A DNA stretch of 64,000 bases from Lama glama (GCA_028534125.1 CM052817.1:34474001-34538000); one strand, 5' to 3'; numbered from the stretch's first letter, positions 38,001 through 52,400 are shown. A program made the numbers and translations. Notes: generated by a model from the sequence alone, not told the origin.

Positions 38001-40267
38001 ACTTTTGTTAAGGGACTTCGCTTTTTTTTTGCAGGGACTTTAGTCTTTTTTTTTTTTTTGGTAGCAGGCTGTAGATTTTGTTTCAAAGAACGCATCTTCA
38101 TCTTCTCTGGTTTCCTCATGTGTAGATGGAAGTTCTGATGCAGGTATGTGTGTCAATTTCAATACAGTCGCATATGTGTTCATTTAAACTCTACAACTAG
38201 AATAGGAATGATTTTTTTCATTGTTAATTGTCATTTTCTTTCTTCTCCTGAAGATCATGGAAGAATAAAGGGCTACTCTCTAAATGAGGGAGTTTTTTCA
38301 ACATTTTTCAATTTGGAGCTAATTTTAACTTTAAAGAAGAGTTTTATTCAGGAAGGTTTTTTTTTTTTTTAATTATAAGTTGTTGACCCTACTCTCAAGA
38401 TGTAAATACTTTGGGTTTCAGACCCAAAATAAAGTGCTGAAAGAGTGGCCTTCGTACTAAGGAAAACACTGTATTTCCTCACTTTCTGTAACACTGTGTA
38501 ATTGAACAGTGGAATGCCAAAACTGGAATTACAGTCACTGCATCTGACCCTCCTGTACTAATCTAAGTATTTGCTTCTCTGCCAGTACTTTCTGCCTTCA
38601 TGTATCGGACAAAACTGTCATCGTTTCCATCCCTCTCTGTGTCCATGTGCCTGTTCTCCTCTGACCTCCAGTACTTTCCTTCCTCAGTATCTTTATTCTC
38701 TCCTTTTCTTTGGTGCCTGTGCCCTCAGGTTTCTCCAGTTTGGAGGGGGAAAAGGCCATTGACTTAGCTCTCCTTGACTGCATTCTATTTTTCAGTTTTA
38801 TAAACCACATTTCTAACTAGGCAATTAGCTGCTTTTTCACTTTGCTTTAGTCTTATGTTATCTGGCATGAGCCCCTGTCTTTATTGAAAGGTCATTTTTG
38901 AAGGATACCTGTAACCTACCTAATGGCTAAATCCAGGGGTCTTTTCCAGTTCTTGTTTGACACTGTTAACTCTCCACTTTTTAAGAGTCCTACACCATCT
39001 CATTTTGTATGAACTTGAGGAAACTATTTAACCCTATTGGTCCTCAGAGTCTCCTCTTGTGTGCAGTTGGGATAACAGTTCTTAAGGTTTTTGAGTATCA
39101 AATAAAGCAATGTATATGGAAACACCTGGCATTTAGTAGCTCAGTGAAATGGTGATTGCCCCTAACTTGACCATCTGTGATGTTCTCCTGCCTGGCTCTC
39201 TAAATATCTAAGACAATTTTCTTTTCTCCTTTTCCCCACCCAACCCCTTCCCTAAATACAGACATTCTCTGAATTTCATGTTTTTCAATGTAATCTCTGT
39301 CTTTTCCCTTGGAAAACTAATCTTGCAGAGCTCCAGCTGATAAAGTCAGGCTACCAGTAACCAAATACATATCTGAGGCTGGGTTGGCCTAACTTCAGGT
39401 GTCTCATTTCTGATGTCCTCTTAGAAACCTTTATTTGAAATGCTTTTTATCCTCAAATTGAATGTGTCTAAAGCCACACTCCTATTTTTATTCCTCTTTA
39501 TATGCCTTGGAATATGAATATCATCTTTGATTCTTCCCCTTTGAAAAGTTCTGTTAATTTTTCTTTTCCATTGTGTGCAGAATGTTTTCCTTTATTTTAT
39601 CCTCAACATTGGTCTTGTGTGGCAGACCTCCTAATTCATCAGTCCGGTGGCTGGTGTTCTCTACTTGCCGTCCTGATCTATTAGTCAGAGTGCCTCCTTA
39701 ATCATGTCTGTGTCTTCTACTCAAAAACTTTAAAGGGCTTCTTGCTTACCCCTAAGCTAGTTCGTAAACATACTGGATTTTCAGTCTGGGCCCAATTTAT
39801 CTTTCTTTATCTCACCCCAACTATTCTGATAATTTACTCCCTGATCTTAGACTATGCCTGTTTTCTTTCAAATTGTCAGTCCAGGGAAGAGGATAAGTGC
39901 ATGTACCCAGTGCATTTTCAAGTTAGCCACTCCATGAGTGATGAGGACGAATCCTGCTGAGTCTTTCGAAGAGCCTTCTGAAATGAACCTCAGAACTGAC
40001 TGCCCCACAGTGAAAGGTTGCCCCACAGGGCTTAACTCCTCCATACTGCTGGGTAGTGAATCAGTACCTTCAGAGCACTTCCCTTCTGGTTGGACCTGCC
40101 TGAAGTCAGTTACAACCTATAAGCAACTGATCCTCTGTATCTAGAGTAAGAGATTGGGTCAAGAAGTTTTTGAAGTGGGGCATAACAGGTATCTCTAATC
40201 ATGTGCCCGGTAAAAAAATCCAAAAGGTGAAGAAGAGTGCAGAATGAAAAGTGCTTGTATTCTAGCT

Positions 40268-40453
40268 CAGCGGTCAGCAAATGATAGTTTACCACTGATT
40301 GCCTGTTTTTGTAAACAGCGTTTTGTTGTAACAGAGCCATGCCTGTTCATTTAAGTATTATTACCTATGGCTGCTCTCAGGCTGTAGCATCAGAGTTGGG
40401 TAATGAACAAAGAGACTATATGGCCCTTTTTCTTAAAAGTTTGCTGACCCCTG
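40268..40453 (+). mobile_element. MER58A-like hAT-Charlie element
   Basis: TIRs cagcggtcagcaaa / tttgctgacccctg; internal gcctgtttttgtaaa...tatggctgct. Confidence 0.8.
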
Positions 40454-41214
40454 TTGTAGTCATCTTGGCTCCTTCCCTGGAAACAGACACCGTTTCCTGA
40501 GGTTTCCAGTACATTAACAACTGCGTATGGACTTTATATGCTTACCCAAATCTCTACTCCACACACCTACCATGACTGTATACATAAGACATACCTTTTT
40601 CAACTTAAAAAATCTTAGTGTTTTTTTTCTAATTAGTATATATAAAACAATCTTAATTTTAGCCCCATGATATTCTAATATATGGAGCTGCCATTTATGT
40701 AACCAGTTCCCTGTTGATGGACACTCAGTCACTTTTGTCTCTTTTTATTGTTGCAAATGTTAACATTACATTTATACGTGTTTCTAGTACAGTTAACTCC
40801 CTGAGTGTTCCTGTCTCAGGTTTTATTTCAGTCATGTGCCTACCAGGTACCTGCCACGGTCTGCGTTCAGTTTGAGGGGAGTGGGCTCATTAAGGGGCTG
40901 GAGCTGTTCGGAGAGGGCTTGCCCAAGAGGTTCTACGTAAGTTGAATTTTGAGAAGTCTGGATGAATAGGATACTGAAAAGAAAGTAGGAAGGGAAGGCG
41001 ACTGCATGACTGAAGGCTTGTGGTTACCGAGAGCTTGACATGCTCTTGGGCTGCCCTGCCCTGGACCACAGCCCCGAGCCGTGTGGCGGTTCTCGAGCGC
41101 TGGAGCATGTGCGGCCAGTCCACGCTGAGGTTGCGTGAGGTGTGTGCAGGGAGTAGGGATACACTGGAGTCTGAAGACTTGGTAGGAAAAAAAAGAGTGT
41201 TAAGTATCTCACTG

Positions 41215-41367
41215 CTCACTTACAAAATATTCCTAGGGTGGTATTTTGGATATGTTGGGTTAAATAAAATAATATTAAAAATAATTTTATGTGTTTTTAA
41301 TATGTGGCTACCAGCAATTTCAAAATTACCTTATGTGGCTTGCATTATTTTCTGTTGGACAGTGCTG
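41215..41367. mobile_element. MER3/MER33-like hAT-Charlie fragment
   Basis: tattttggatatgttgggttaaataaaata...atgtggct...gttggacagtgctg terminus. Confidence 0.7.
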
Positions 41368-41559
41368 CTCTGGCTCATCCTTCGTTATGGAGTGTAAGGT
41401 GCATTTGGGTAATTGGTATGTGATTAGATAGCAGATGTTGGTAGTTAACCAGTATTTGCATTTTATATCCTAGGCATAAGAAGGTCATTACAGTTTCTTA
41501 CACAGTGAAGTAATGTGATGAAATTAATTTTTGGAAGACTAGCCTGGTCATGTTGTGGT

Positions 41560-41765
41560 GTGCTGTTTTAAGGGCTTATGTGTAGTAACTCATTTAATTC
41601 TCAAAACAAGCCCCCAGGGTATAGCTATCCCTCATCTTACGGATGAAACTTGAGGCACAGAGAGGGAAACTTACTGGCCCAAGGTCATACAGGAACTAGT
41701 AATGCCTTAGCCATGAACCCTGGCAGTTTGATTCCAGAGCCCACCTATTAAACCGCTCCACTCTG
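41560..41765 (-). mobile_element. MIR
   Basis: aactcatttaattctca...tacggatgaaacttgaggcacagagagg...gcccaaggtcatacag. Confidence 0.75.
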
Positions 41766-42936
41766 TCACTCTAAAGGTGAGTTAGAAAAAGGAGATGGTC
41801 CTTGCATATAGTAAGCACTTGGGCAGTTGACAACAAATGATTGAATGGTAATTGATTATTTTCTGCCCCCATTTAATAATATTTTAAGTTTTAAAAATCT
41901 GTCTCCATAATACCCTGGTACTTTTTAGTTCTTACCATACCATGGCTGGTGGCTCTTTACTACTGCTCTCCAAAATCAAAATGGTGTCTATTGAGGGCCA
42001 GATTAATATGTAACAAAAGCTGTAAGTTGATTTTTTTTGAAAGTTTTTAAGAATCCACATTTTTTGTTTTGCTTTGTGTCTAAGAGGCAAGTTTTATTTT
42101 ATCCTCCTCATTTCACAGAGGAACAGGGAGGCTAAGTAATGTGGCCAAGGTTTTATGGCTGGGAATTGTAAAACCACGGGAATTTGTGGTTTTGATCGCT
42201 ATTGTGTTTGTTTTTTAAAATAAACATTTTTTTGAGCTTGCAGCTAATTGGTTGTAAATGGTGAGTATTTATTCCTAAAATTTTTCTTGGATTTCAGGTC
42301 CGAAATATTTTGCAATGAAATTTCTTCATACAAAAGGTATATCCAAGATGAAAATGTTGTAGTGGTGAAAACTGAATTAAAACGCTTATTTATTTTTTTT
42401 AATCATACTTAAAGCTCATAGGGTATTGGAAGAGGAAGGAAGCTCATTTTTAAAGGAAGACCAGCATAGTTGGGATTAAAATGCTAATGATGAGAAAGCT
42501 AGAATCCCTTAAAATGGTACTTGCTTCATCAAGAGCTGGCTTCCAAGGCTGCCCATTTGATTTAGCCCTATCCCCAAATGTTTTCTAAAATGTTTAATTT
42601 CTAAATTTCCCCAATTTTTAGCACAGGAGTCTCGTCTGAGTAATGCTTAAAGGTTTCTGATCTTCACTGTGTAATTTGGGAGTCCAGTTTATGTCACGTG
42701 TTAAGGAATGACACGCATACTAAAACTTTAGGATTTTAATCTTATTTCTGACTGGGGCCTTTGTAAGTGAAAGAAGTTCTGTTTATACTCTGTCAGCTCA
42801 CATGCGGTCTTGGTTTTTTTTGTTGTTGATTTTTCTTTTTTATCTCTTAGGCTTCTAGAGATTCATAGGCTTTAAAAAATAATTAAGGATAGGCAACTGG
42901 GATTGGAAGAGACCTTTAGAAGTGATTTCTTTAGTG

Positions 42937-43151
42937 CAGCGCCTCTGCCCCTGGGCACTACTGATATTTCAAATTAGATCATTCTTTCTTGTGTGGGAAT
43001 TGTTCTGTGAATCATGTCCTGTCTGTAGCAGCATCTCTGGCCACTACTTTCTTGACGCCATTAGTTCCCCTTCAGCTGTGACAACCAGAATGTCTCTGGA
43101 CATTGCCAGAAGTCCGCTGGGAGACATAGCCGCCCTGGTTTGGGACCACTG
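42937..43151 (-). mobile_element. MER20 hAT-Charlie element
   Basis: tgtgacaaccagaatgtctctggacattgcca...ggtttgggaccactg matches the reverse complement of MER20. Confidence 0.8.
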
Positions 43152-43397
43152 ATGAGCACATTTCCTGTAGGTAGTGGTTCTTTTCTCTGGGTCTCTGCCC
43201 AGGGAGTTTACCACTTTCTCTAGCAGTCCACCTCAGCTTCCAAGACTCATCTGGTAGAAATCTTTTCTTTGTGTTAAGCTACAATCTAGAGCTTTTTACG
43301 TCTCCCTCTTGGGACCATACAGACTCATACAGACTTTCACAGTTACTGGAACAGAGGCATCCGGTCCTTCCCGGTGCCTTCTGTGATTGTTTTAGAG

Positions 43398-43608
43398 CAT
43401 GAGTTTGGCAAGTTTCTTTTTGTAATGGGCCAGATAATAAATATTTTAGGTTTGGCCACATATTTGCAGGCTGCTTAAGGTTTTTGTTGCATAATTTTCC
43501 TTCCCTTCCCTCCCTCCCTCTTTCTCTTGTTCTTTTTTTGCAACCCCTTAAAAATGTACAAGTCATTCTCAGCTGGACTTAGCCTCAGCAGAAGCCTGCC
43601 AATCCTGG
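43398..43608. mobile_element. MER58-family hAT-Charlie element
   Basis: ttggcaagtttctttttgtaatgggccagataataaatattttagg...tgccaatcctgg. Confidence 0.6.
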
Positions 43609-44355
43609 TTGTAAAGTCTCTTCCATCTGGGATGATCTTCAGAGGGCAGTGCCTTCTTGATAGGTGGTGCCTCAGAACCAGTACAGAACTTTGAGTAAGA
43701 GCTGAGCAGCATAGAAGATGGGCTTGTCACTAACTCTTTGAAGGGCTTAAAGTGCCTGCTCCCTGTTTGGAGCTTTTGTCATGTTTTCAACTCAGAATGA
43801 CCTTAACACCAGCCAAGACTCTGGCCTGTACTTTTATTAGGCCATTTTACACCCTTGGTTAGTTTTAGACTTTAGGACCATCCACATATCCTGCTATATT
43901 AGACATCATCTTAGCTAGAGCCAACTCTTGCTCTAGCCTGTTGAGAGCTTTCTGGATCCTCTGTTCTCTAAAATGTTAATGAAATTTCTCTCAGTTTCCT
44001 GCTATTTGGATGTTTGATAAGCATGCCTTGGTCTTATGTCCAAGTTATGAATAAAAACTTGAATGAGACATAGTTAAGAACTAAATCTCAACCTACAAAT
44101 ACTTAGAAACCAAGGTAATTTTAATGTGTGGATATAAGTGGTCTCTATTTTTTTTTTAAGTTCCATAGAATTGTACTTAGAATTTTAGCTCTGTAGAATC
44201 CCTGCCGTAGCAGCCATCAATCGGAGGTTGCTGTCGTTACCAATGGCTTTCAAAGATATTAGACAATAAATAAGCCTAATGATGATGACAGGAAAACAAT
44301 CTTAATTCGCATACAAAATAAATTAATTTAAAATAATGACTTTTAAAAAAAATAG

Positions 44356-44358
<3 letters not shown>

Positions 44359-44398
<40 letters not shown>

Positions 44399-44402
44399 TT
44401 TT
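44359..44402. repeat. (AT)16 followed by a T run (T13 from 44390) at the TMEM165 exon 2 acceptor
   Basis: Directly visible, ends 4 nt before the exon start. Confidence 0.95.
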
Positions 44403-44406
44403 CCAG

Positions 44407-44632
44407 AAAGGATTTACACCAGCTGCTCCGGTTCTCACCAATAAAGAAGATCCAGCTACCCAAACGAATTTGGGATTTATCCATGCGTTTGTGGCTGCCA
44501 TATCAGTTATCATTGTGTCTGAACTGGGCGATAAGACATTTTTTATAGCAGCCATCATGGCGATGCGCTATAACCGGTTGACGGTGTTGGCCGGTGCCAT
44601 GCTTGCCTTGGGCCTGATGACATGCTTATCAG
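44407..44632 (+). CDS. TMEM165: TMEM165 coding exon 2
   Basis: ttccag|; KGFTPAAPVLTNKEDPATQTNLGFIHAFVAAISVIIVSELGDKTFFIAAIMAMRYNRL...MTCLS; first E-phi-G-D-K-T motif; donor G|gtgagt; 226 nt. Confidence 0.97.
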
Positions 44633-45249
44633 GTGAGTGTGCTTTTTCCTCCTAATGAGTTTACTGAATTAGAGAAAGTATGGTGTGTGGCATTGAAGTG
44701 ACTGAATCATTCAACTGGTTATGGTGGAATTTAGTTTGTGTTCCAGAATTTAGTCCACAGAAAATATTTTTAGTACATAAATTCTTAAATATCATATTGC
44801 ACTTGTAAAATTAAATTTTCAGCTATTCAGTCAAGATACATACACCTCATTTATTCACTTTTTTTTTTATCCTTTTGCTGTGGATATCCTTGCTTTTTTT
44901 TTTTCTTTTTAAGTCCAGATAGGTTTATTTACATCTGATAGCTTAGAAATAGGACTCAAGCAGCCACAGAGAGTTGCATATTTCCTGTTGAAGGACTTTT
45001 TTAATAATGAAGAGTCGCGTTCAGTGTATTGTGCTCTATTAAGCTATTCTTGCTCATTACAGTAAAAGAATGAAACATTCTTAGATTCCCAGTCTGTTAC
45101 TATTTGAGTTCCTATTATTGTAGGCTTCAATTTTTCAAAGAATTAAGACCATGAGAAAGTAAACTTATTGCTGAATAATTAAACATAGTTTATTTAGTCT
45201 CTGATTCAAAAGCTGCTGTTAACCACATGGTTGGGTGGAAAATAGTGAG

Positions 45250-45425
45250 TTTTCCTGAGTCAGACTTGGATTGGAGTCTGATTATGCCATGTATTAACCT
45301 CATAATAAGTTACTTAACCTCTTTGAGCTTCAGTTTCCGTCTGTAAACTGGAGATAATATCTAGCTGCCTCATGGGGTTGTGGTTTGTATTAAAATGATT
45401 TCTTTATATTTCACGTGCTCAGCCA
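45250..45425 (+). mobile_element. MIR
   Basis: gagtcagacttggatt...aagttacttaacctctttgagcttcagtttcc. Confidence 0.7.
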
Positions 45426-48400
45426 TCCCCCCCCCCCCAGCCTGCCTTAGGTTTCTGGTGAAACACAGTTTTAAAGTACAGAACAAGTTCTATTTCTGGC
45501 TGCTTGAATGCTTGTAAAAGTTCGTCTTTTTAAACATATTATAATGAGTATTTTACTGAATAAAATAATTTGACTACTTTTCACATTTTGGTTATTAGTA
45601 TTAGCATTACTCATATCTCATAACAAAAGCAATTTTCTCTTCAAAAGCAAATTTTGATTCTAGGAAATAGGAAAAGTGGGGAAGGTTGGAAAAGTAGGGC
45701 AAAGTCACTTGTTGGGAATGAGTTTGAATAATATCAGAGAATTTATTTTTGAAACTTGGAGCCTTGAGGATAACTCGAAGGCTGCCCCCTCTCTGCCTGT
45801 CCCTCCTGGGAAGCTGGCTCCTCCAGTCCCCCTGCCCCTTCTCTGCAGTCAGCTCCTTTCCCTCAGCTGTGAGTGGCATCAGGCTGTCCTGTCCTGACGC
45901 CAGGCCACCTCCCTCTGGCTGCTGGTAGGGACAGCTCCTCTCACCCGAACTGTTTGAAAGAATGGGTTGTATCAGTGGTCTTCAAACCTCTTCTTTGTGT
46001 CTCTAAAATGAGCTTGAAAAACTGTGTACCTCCACTCACTTTTCATCTTAAGTTTAAGGAGTTGCAGAGACCTAATATTTGGTATATTGTGTAAAATTAT
46101 TATGGTTGGTATTCTTTTCTTTTGAAATGTTTGTCTTGTAAGTGTTTTAACATTTATTACAAAATATTTCAATTCATATCGTATTTGCAAACCGATTAGA
46201 AAAGAAATTCCAAAATCAGAGAAATTTCAGGCATCATACATTTTTAACAGTCTTTCAAGATAGACTAAACACTACCTCACCCGTCATTCGTGTTTGACAC
46301 ATTTGTCTTCCCACCAGCCTCGCCCGCACGAACCGATTCCCCCACTAGTTGGTTGAGTTCATTGTGGGCAATTTCAAGTCTGTAAGTGTGGGGGCCACTG
46401 CTTTCCTTTGCAGAATTTCCACTTTACCAGTGTTACTTCTTTCTTGTTAGCATTCCGGAATCGTTCCTGAACTGGCTTGTCTTTGGATTCTGAGTCCTTT
46501 CTCTGCATTCTATTTAGGGGCGGGGAGCTGCTGTTGGGGGTGGGTTGGGGTGCACAGGAAAGGCATGAACTCTGACGTCTTGGGCCTGGGGCTGAATCCG
46601 GCCTCTACCGCTGCCTCACTGTGCAGACAGGAGCTGGTCACGTGGCTGCTATTTGCTGAGCACCATCTGTGTGTGACGCTGCAGGCCTGCCTCAGTCAGG
46701 CCCCCTGTCCTGTTACAGATAGACAGAAAGCAGAGACAGTGAGTCCTCCTGGCTCTCGGCCAGTCGAGCTGGAATTCAAAGACAGCTGTGTCTGGTTCTG
46801 AATCCAGGGGTTTCTGACAGTTTTCTTCAGGGTGAGGGCTGGAGCTTGCCCAGTTTGCGGGGGGCAGGGGGGTTGAGACCCCCAAATCCTCCTTTAGGAA
46901 AAAACCTACTGTCATCTGTTTGAGAATTAGGAATTTACTGGGAAAAGTTTTGAAGCTAATAAGATATTGGAAAATAATTATATTTTTACTCCATTATGCC
47001 TTTCTAAGTTATTTAAGCTCCTGGTGACTCTTTGTCTCCTGTAAACTCAGGATAATACTGGTACAGTCCTTACAGAATTGTAAGAAAGATTAGATGGAGT
47101 TAAAATAAGCAAACCATCTGGTACAGGGTCAGGCCTCCCCACCAGTTTGTTCTCTTCCCTCTTATAGAAACGCTCTGCGCCAGAAAGGGCTCAACTGTGC
47201 CCCGAGCGCAACTGAACCATTTATTCGGATATTTTCACATTATTTACAATAATGGCTAATTAATTCAGCAAATATTTATTTAGAACCAACTGTGTGTTTA
47301 GAAGTGTGTTGGGTCTGTGAGCAGGGATGGCCTGGTGCGAGGCGGGGGCAGCGCGGTAATCCTGCCGCCGTGATCAGCATCTCTTCCTGCCTGTCCCCTC
47401 TGAAGAGCTGATGTCTGAGCAGCGCCATCGGGCATTCTTGTGTTTGGCTTTTTTCAAAATTTCTCACTAAAATTCAGGGTCATCAAGAGAGGTAGCATCT
47501 CACTTTTTGTGAGTTTGTTCCTTTGTAGGAGCAGCCATGGAGGAGCACAGGGGAGATGTGGATGAAGGAGTGGGATCAGGGGGAGGTAGGAGTAGCTCTA
47601 AGGTCAAAAGTATATCCTTGCTGGCTGGGCCACAGTGGGCCTGTGCCAGTTGCCCAGAGGCTAACATGGCACTCGCCTTATGTTCCCCGGGCCTTGGGCC
47701 TACATGGCCTATTCCTTTAAGACAACCCAGTGGAATCTGAGTACCGCTAGCAGTTTGATCTTCACCGTCACCACCAGCATCATTCCTTTAAAAAAAAGCA
47801 TGAATAAATTCTTCTTTAACATTTGGAAATTTACATTGTTTTTTTCCTCCTTTAATTCTTATTTTCATTTACTTCCTCATAGAATCTTACTGTAATGATA
47901 AGTTTTTTGCTTGAAAATCTTTTGTGGATCACAGTATCTTATCTATCTGCAGCAAAAATATGCATATAAATTGAATTTTAGAAGATGCTGAAAATTTCCT
48001 TTAAGTCTCTAAATGTTAACATTTTTTATACTGATTGAGTTGTAGTTATTAATACACCTTTGAGCAAAGCAAAATATATCACAAATTTAAATAAACATTT
48101 TTTAAAAGTTGGAAATGCATCTCTTAATGAGATGATAGAACTCTTCTTTTAAAATTAGTTTATATGTTCATGGATGATACTTATTGCTAGAATGAAGCCA
48201 GGTTGAGAATCAATTCTGATCTCTTTTTTAAAAAATAGATAGAAGGGCTGAGAAATTTTATCCCTATAAATAAGTAGACAGGAAAAAGAGTGACATTATA
48301 GCCACGTCACTCAGTTCGTGGAACTCCTGGGTTATGTGCTAAAATCACATACTGCGCTGTCATCAAGTGGTTTTTAATGATTTACCCGCTGACAGCTTAA

Positions 48401-49441
48401 TAAGGTCTTCTGTCAATTTTGTTAAAAGCACAGAGTTGGAAACCGTCCAGTATACCAAAAAAAGTTTTTCTGAAATTCATCAAATGACTGTTCTTATACA
48501 TGTTAGTCTTTTACTTAGAAGTAACTTGTGTAACTGGATATATTTAGAAATGATTGAAAAATTTGAAATATTTTTAACTTCAGCATACTTTTACCAATAA
48601 ATGATTTCATTTTAAAAGTTGTATCATATCACATGTTTTAAATGTTTTTTCTGGAGCCTTGGAGGTGCAGACTTAGCTCATTCAATTTATAGGAGATGTC
48701 TACCGCAGTACCTAATTGCCATGCAGTTGCTCCACAGTAGACCAGAAAGTAAGGCTTACTTTCTGTCAGAAAGCATTTACTTGGTTTTTGACTGTAATAC
48801 GCATGACAACCATCTGTTCAGGGCTGTCCTAAAATGGCTGGCTGGCTGGACTGGGCCTGGGACCCACCTCGGAGTGAGCTGCCTGGGAAAGTAAGCCCCT
48901 GGGATTTAGTGTTTCTCTCTGATGCTCTCTTTGTTGTACCAAGACCCTGCCTTAGGGAAAATGCATTTGTTTACACTGGTTGGGAGATGAAAGAGGCATG
49001 ATTGCTAAGTAAAAATTATTCCTACCAAGGCCAAAATACCTTATTCCTTACCCGTGACCATTATTTCCAGTGCCCCCACAGTGCCATTGTCGCTAATGCC
49101 ATGGCCTTTTTGGACACTCAGGTAAGACAGGGAAGACCCAAAGTCTTCTCTCTGGTTTGGGGTTCCTTGGTTGAGGACACTGGTATTGGCAGACCCCCTC
49201 TTTGGTGCTCTAGGATGTCTGTTTTTCCTTGCTATGGGGAAATGCACTACTGGAATGGGGGTGAAAGGCATCTCTGTAGAGTGGGCAGAGGGCAGCCGTG
49301 AAGAAGGGACGTGAGAAAGGAGAACCGCACACCGCCTCAGCTCCGAGCATGTCTGCAGGCCGAGGGGTTTTAGGGAAGAGTCCCTGGGGAAGTGGAACTT
49401 CTGCAAATAGATTTTTTTTTTCTGTGCTGTGCTACCCAGTA

Positions 49442-52400
49442 ATTTTCTTTTATATAAACATTTCTTTATTGAGTTATTGTCATTTTACAATGTTGTGTCA
49501 AATTCCAGTGTAGAGCACAATTTTTCAGTTATACATGAACATACATATATTCATTGTCACATTCTCTTTCACTGTGAGCCACCACGAGATCCTGTATATA
49601 TTTCACTGTGCTACACAGTACAATCTTGTTTATCTATTCCACATTTTGAAATCCCAGTCCCTTCCCACGCCCCCTCCCCCTAGCAACCACAAGTTTGTAT
49701 TCTATGTCTATGAGTCTGTTTCTGTTTTGTATTTTTGTTTTTTGTTTTTGTTTTTTGTTTTTTTAGATTCCGCATATGAGCGGCCTCATATGGTATTTTT
49801 CTTTCTCTTTCTGGCTTACTTCACTTAGAATGACAATCTCCAGGGCCATCCATGCTGCTGCAAATGGCATTATTTTATTTTATTTTTTATAGCCGAGTAG
49901 TATTCCATTGTATAAATATACCACAACTTCTTTATCTAGTCATCTGTCTTCTGCCATCTGTCAATTTAGGTTGGTTCCATGTCCTGGCTATTGTAAATAG
50001 TGTTGCTATGAAAATTGGGGTGCATGTTATCTCTTTGAATTAAGGTTCCCTCTGGATATATGCCCAGGAGTGGGATTGCTGGGTTATATGGTGAGTCTAT
50101 TTTTAGTTTTTTTAAGGAATCTCCAGTGTTTTCCATAATGGCTGCACCAAACTACATTCCTACCAACAGTGTAGGAGGGTTCCCTTTTCTCCACACCCTC
50201 TCCAGTATTTGTCATTTGTGGACTTTTTAATGATGGCCATTCTGACTGCTGTGAGGTGTTACTTCATTATAGTTTTGGTTTGCATTTCTCTTATAATTAG
50301 TGATATTGAGCATTTTTTCATGAGCCTATTGGCCATTTGTATGTCTTCATTGAAGAACTGCTTCTTTAGGTCTTCTGCCCATTTTTGGATTGGGTTGTTT
50401 GTTTTTTTCTTATTAAATCGTGTGAGCTTCTTATATTTCAAACAAAAGACAAGATACAATAAACCTAGAAGAAAATATAGGCAAAGCATTATCTGACATA
50501 AGTCTCAGTGATGCTCTCCTAGGGCAGTCTACCCACGCAATAAAAATAAAAGCAAAAATTAACAAATAAGACCTAACTGAACTTATAAGCTTTTGTACAG
50601 CAAAGGAAACCATAGGCATAACAAAAAGACAACCTATCGAATGGGAGAAAATATTTGCAAAAGATGAGACTGACAAGGGCTTAACTTCCAGAATAAACAA
50701 TTCATACAACTTAATAAGAAATTAAGCCCTTGTCAGAAAACTGCAGCTGCCCAGTTTTCCTAACACCATTTGCTGAAGAGACTATCTTTACTCCATTGTA
50801 TATTCTTGCCTTCTTTGTCAAAGATTAATTGACCAAAATTTTGTGGTGTTATCTCTGGGCTCTCTATTCTGTTCCATTGATCCATATGTGTGTTTTTGTG
50901 CCAATACCAAGCTGTTTTGATTACTATAGCTCTGTAGTATTGTCTAAAGTCTGGGAGGGTTATTCCTCCAACTTCATTCTTTTTCTTCAGTATTGCTTTG
51001 GAAACTCTGGATCTTTTGTGAATCCATATAAATTTTAGGATTATTTGTTCTAGTTCTTTGAAAAAAGTCCTGGGTAATTTGATAGGGATCACACTAAATC
51101 TGTAGCTTACTTTGTGTATTAAGGCCATTTTAACAATATTAATTCTTCCAATCCAAGAACATGGGATATCTTTCTATTTCTTTAAGTCATCTTTAATTTC
51201 CTTAGTCGGTGTTTTGTAGTTCTCCGAGTATAAGTCTTTCACTTCCTTGGTCAGATTTATTCCCAAGTATTTTAGTTTTTTGGATGCAATTTTAAAAGGG
51301 ATTGTTTCTTTCCTTTCCTTTTCTGGTATTTCATTGTCAGTGTAAATAAATGCTGCTGATTTCTGTATGTTGTATCCTCCGACCTTGCTGAATTCTTTTA
51401 TCAACTCTAGTAGTTTTTTTTGTGGAGCCTTTAGGGTTTTCTATATATAGTATCATGTCATCCACATATAGTGACAATTTTACCTCTTCTCTTCCACTTT
51501 TACCTCTACCTCTTCTCTTCTCTTTGGATCCCTCTTAGTTCTTTTTCTTGTCTAATTGCTGTGGCTAGGACTCCCAATACTATAGACTAAACAGCATGCC
51601 ACTAAAAAACTGATGGGTCAAAGATGAAATCAAAGAAGGAAGTAAAAAATACCTTGAGACAAATGACAATGAAAATACAGCCACACAAAATCTATGGGAT
51701 GCAGCAAAAGCAATCCTAAGAGGGAAGTTCATAGTGATACAGGCCTTCCTCAAAAAACAAGAACAATTTCAAATAAACAACCTAACCTACCACCTAAAAG
51801 AATTAGAAAAAGAAGAATAAATAAGACCTAAAGTCAGTGGAAGGAAAGAAATAATAAAAATCAGGGAGGAAATAAATAAAATAAAGATTAAAAAAAAAAG
51901 GAAAAATCAAGCAAACCAAGATCTGGTTTTTTGAAAAAGTAAACAAAATTGACAAACCTCTGGCCAGGCTCACCAAGAAGAAAAGAGAGAGGACACAAAT
52001 AAAATAAGAATTGGAAATGGAGAAATTACAACGAACACCACAGAAATACAAAAAACCATAAGAGAATACTATGAACAACTATATTGCAATGAATTGGACA
52101 ACTGAGAAGAAATGGACAAGTTTCTAGAAACATACAGTCCACCAAAACTGAATCAAGAAGAAATAGATCATTTGAACAAACCAATCACTGGAAGTGAAAT
52201 AGAGTAAGCAATAAAAAACCTCCCTGCCAACAAAAGTCCAGGACCAGATGACTTCACTTGGGAATTCTATCCAACATACCAAGAAGAGCTCATACCAGTC
52301 CTTCTCAGACTCTTCCAAAAGATCAAAGAGGAGGGAGTACTCCCAAACTCATTCTATGAAGCCACCATCACCCTGATACCAAAGCCAGGCAAAGACACTA

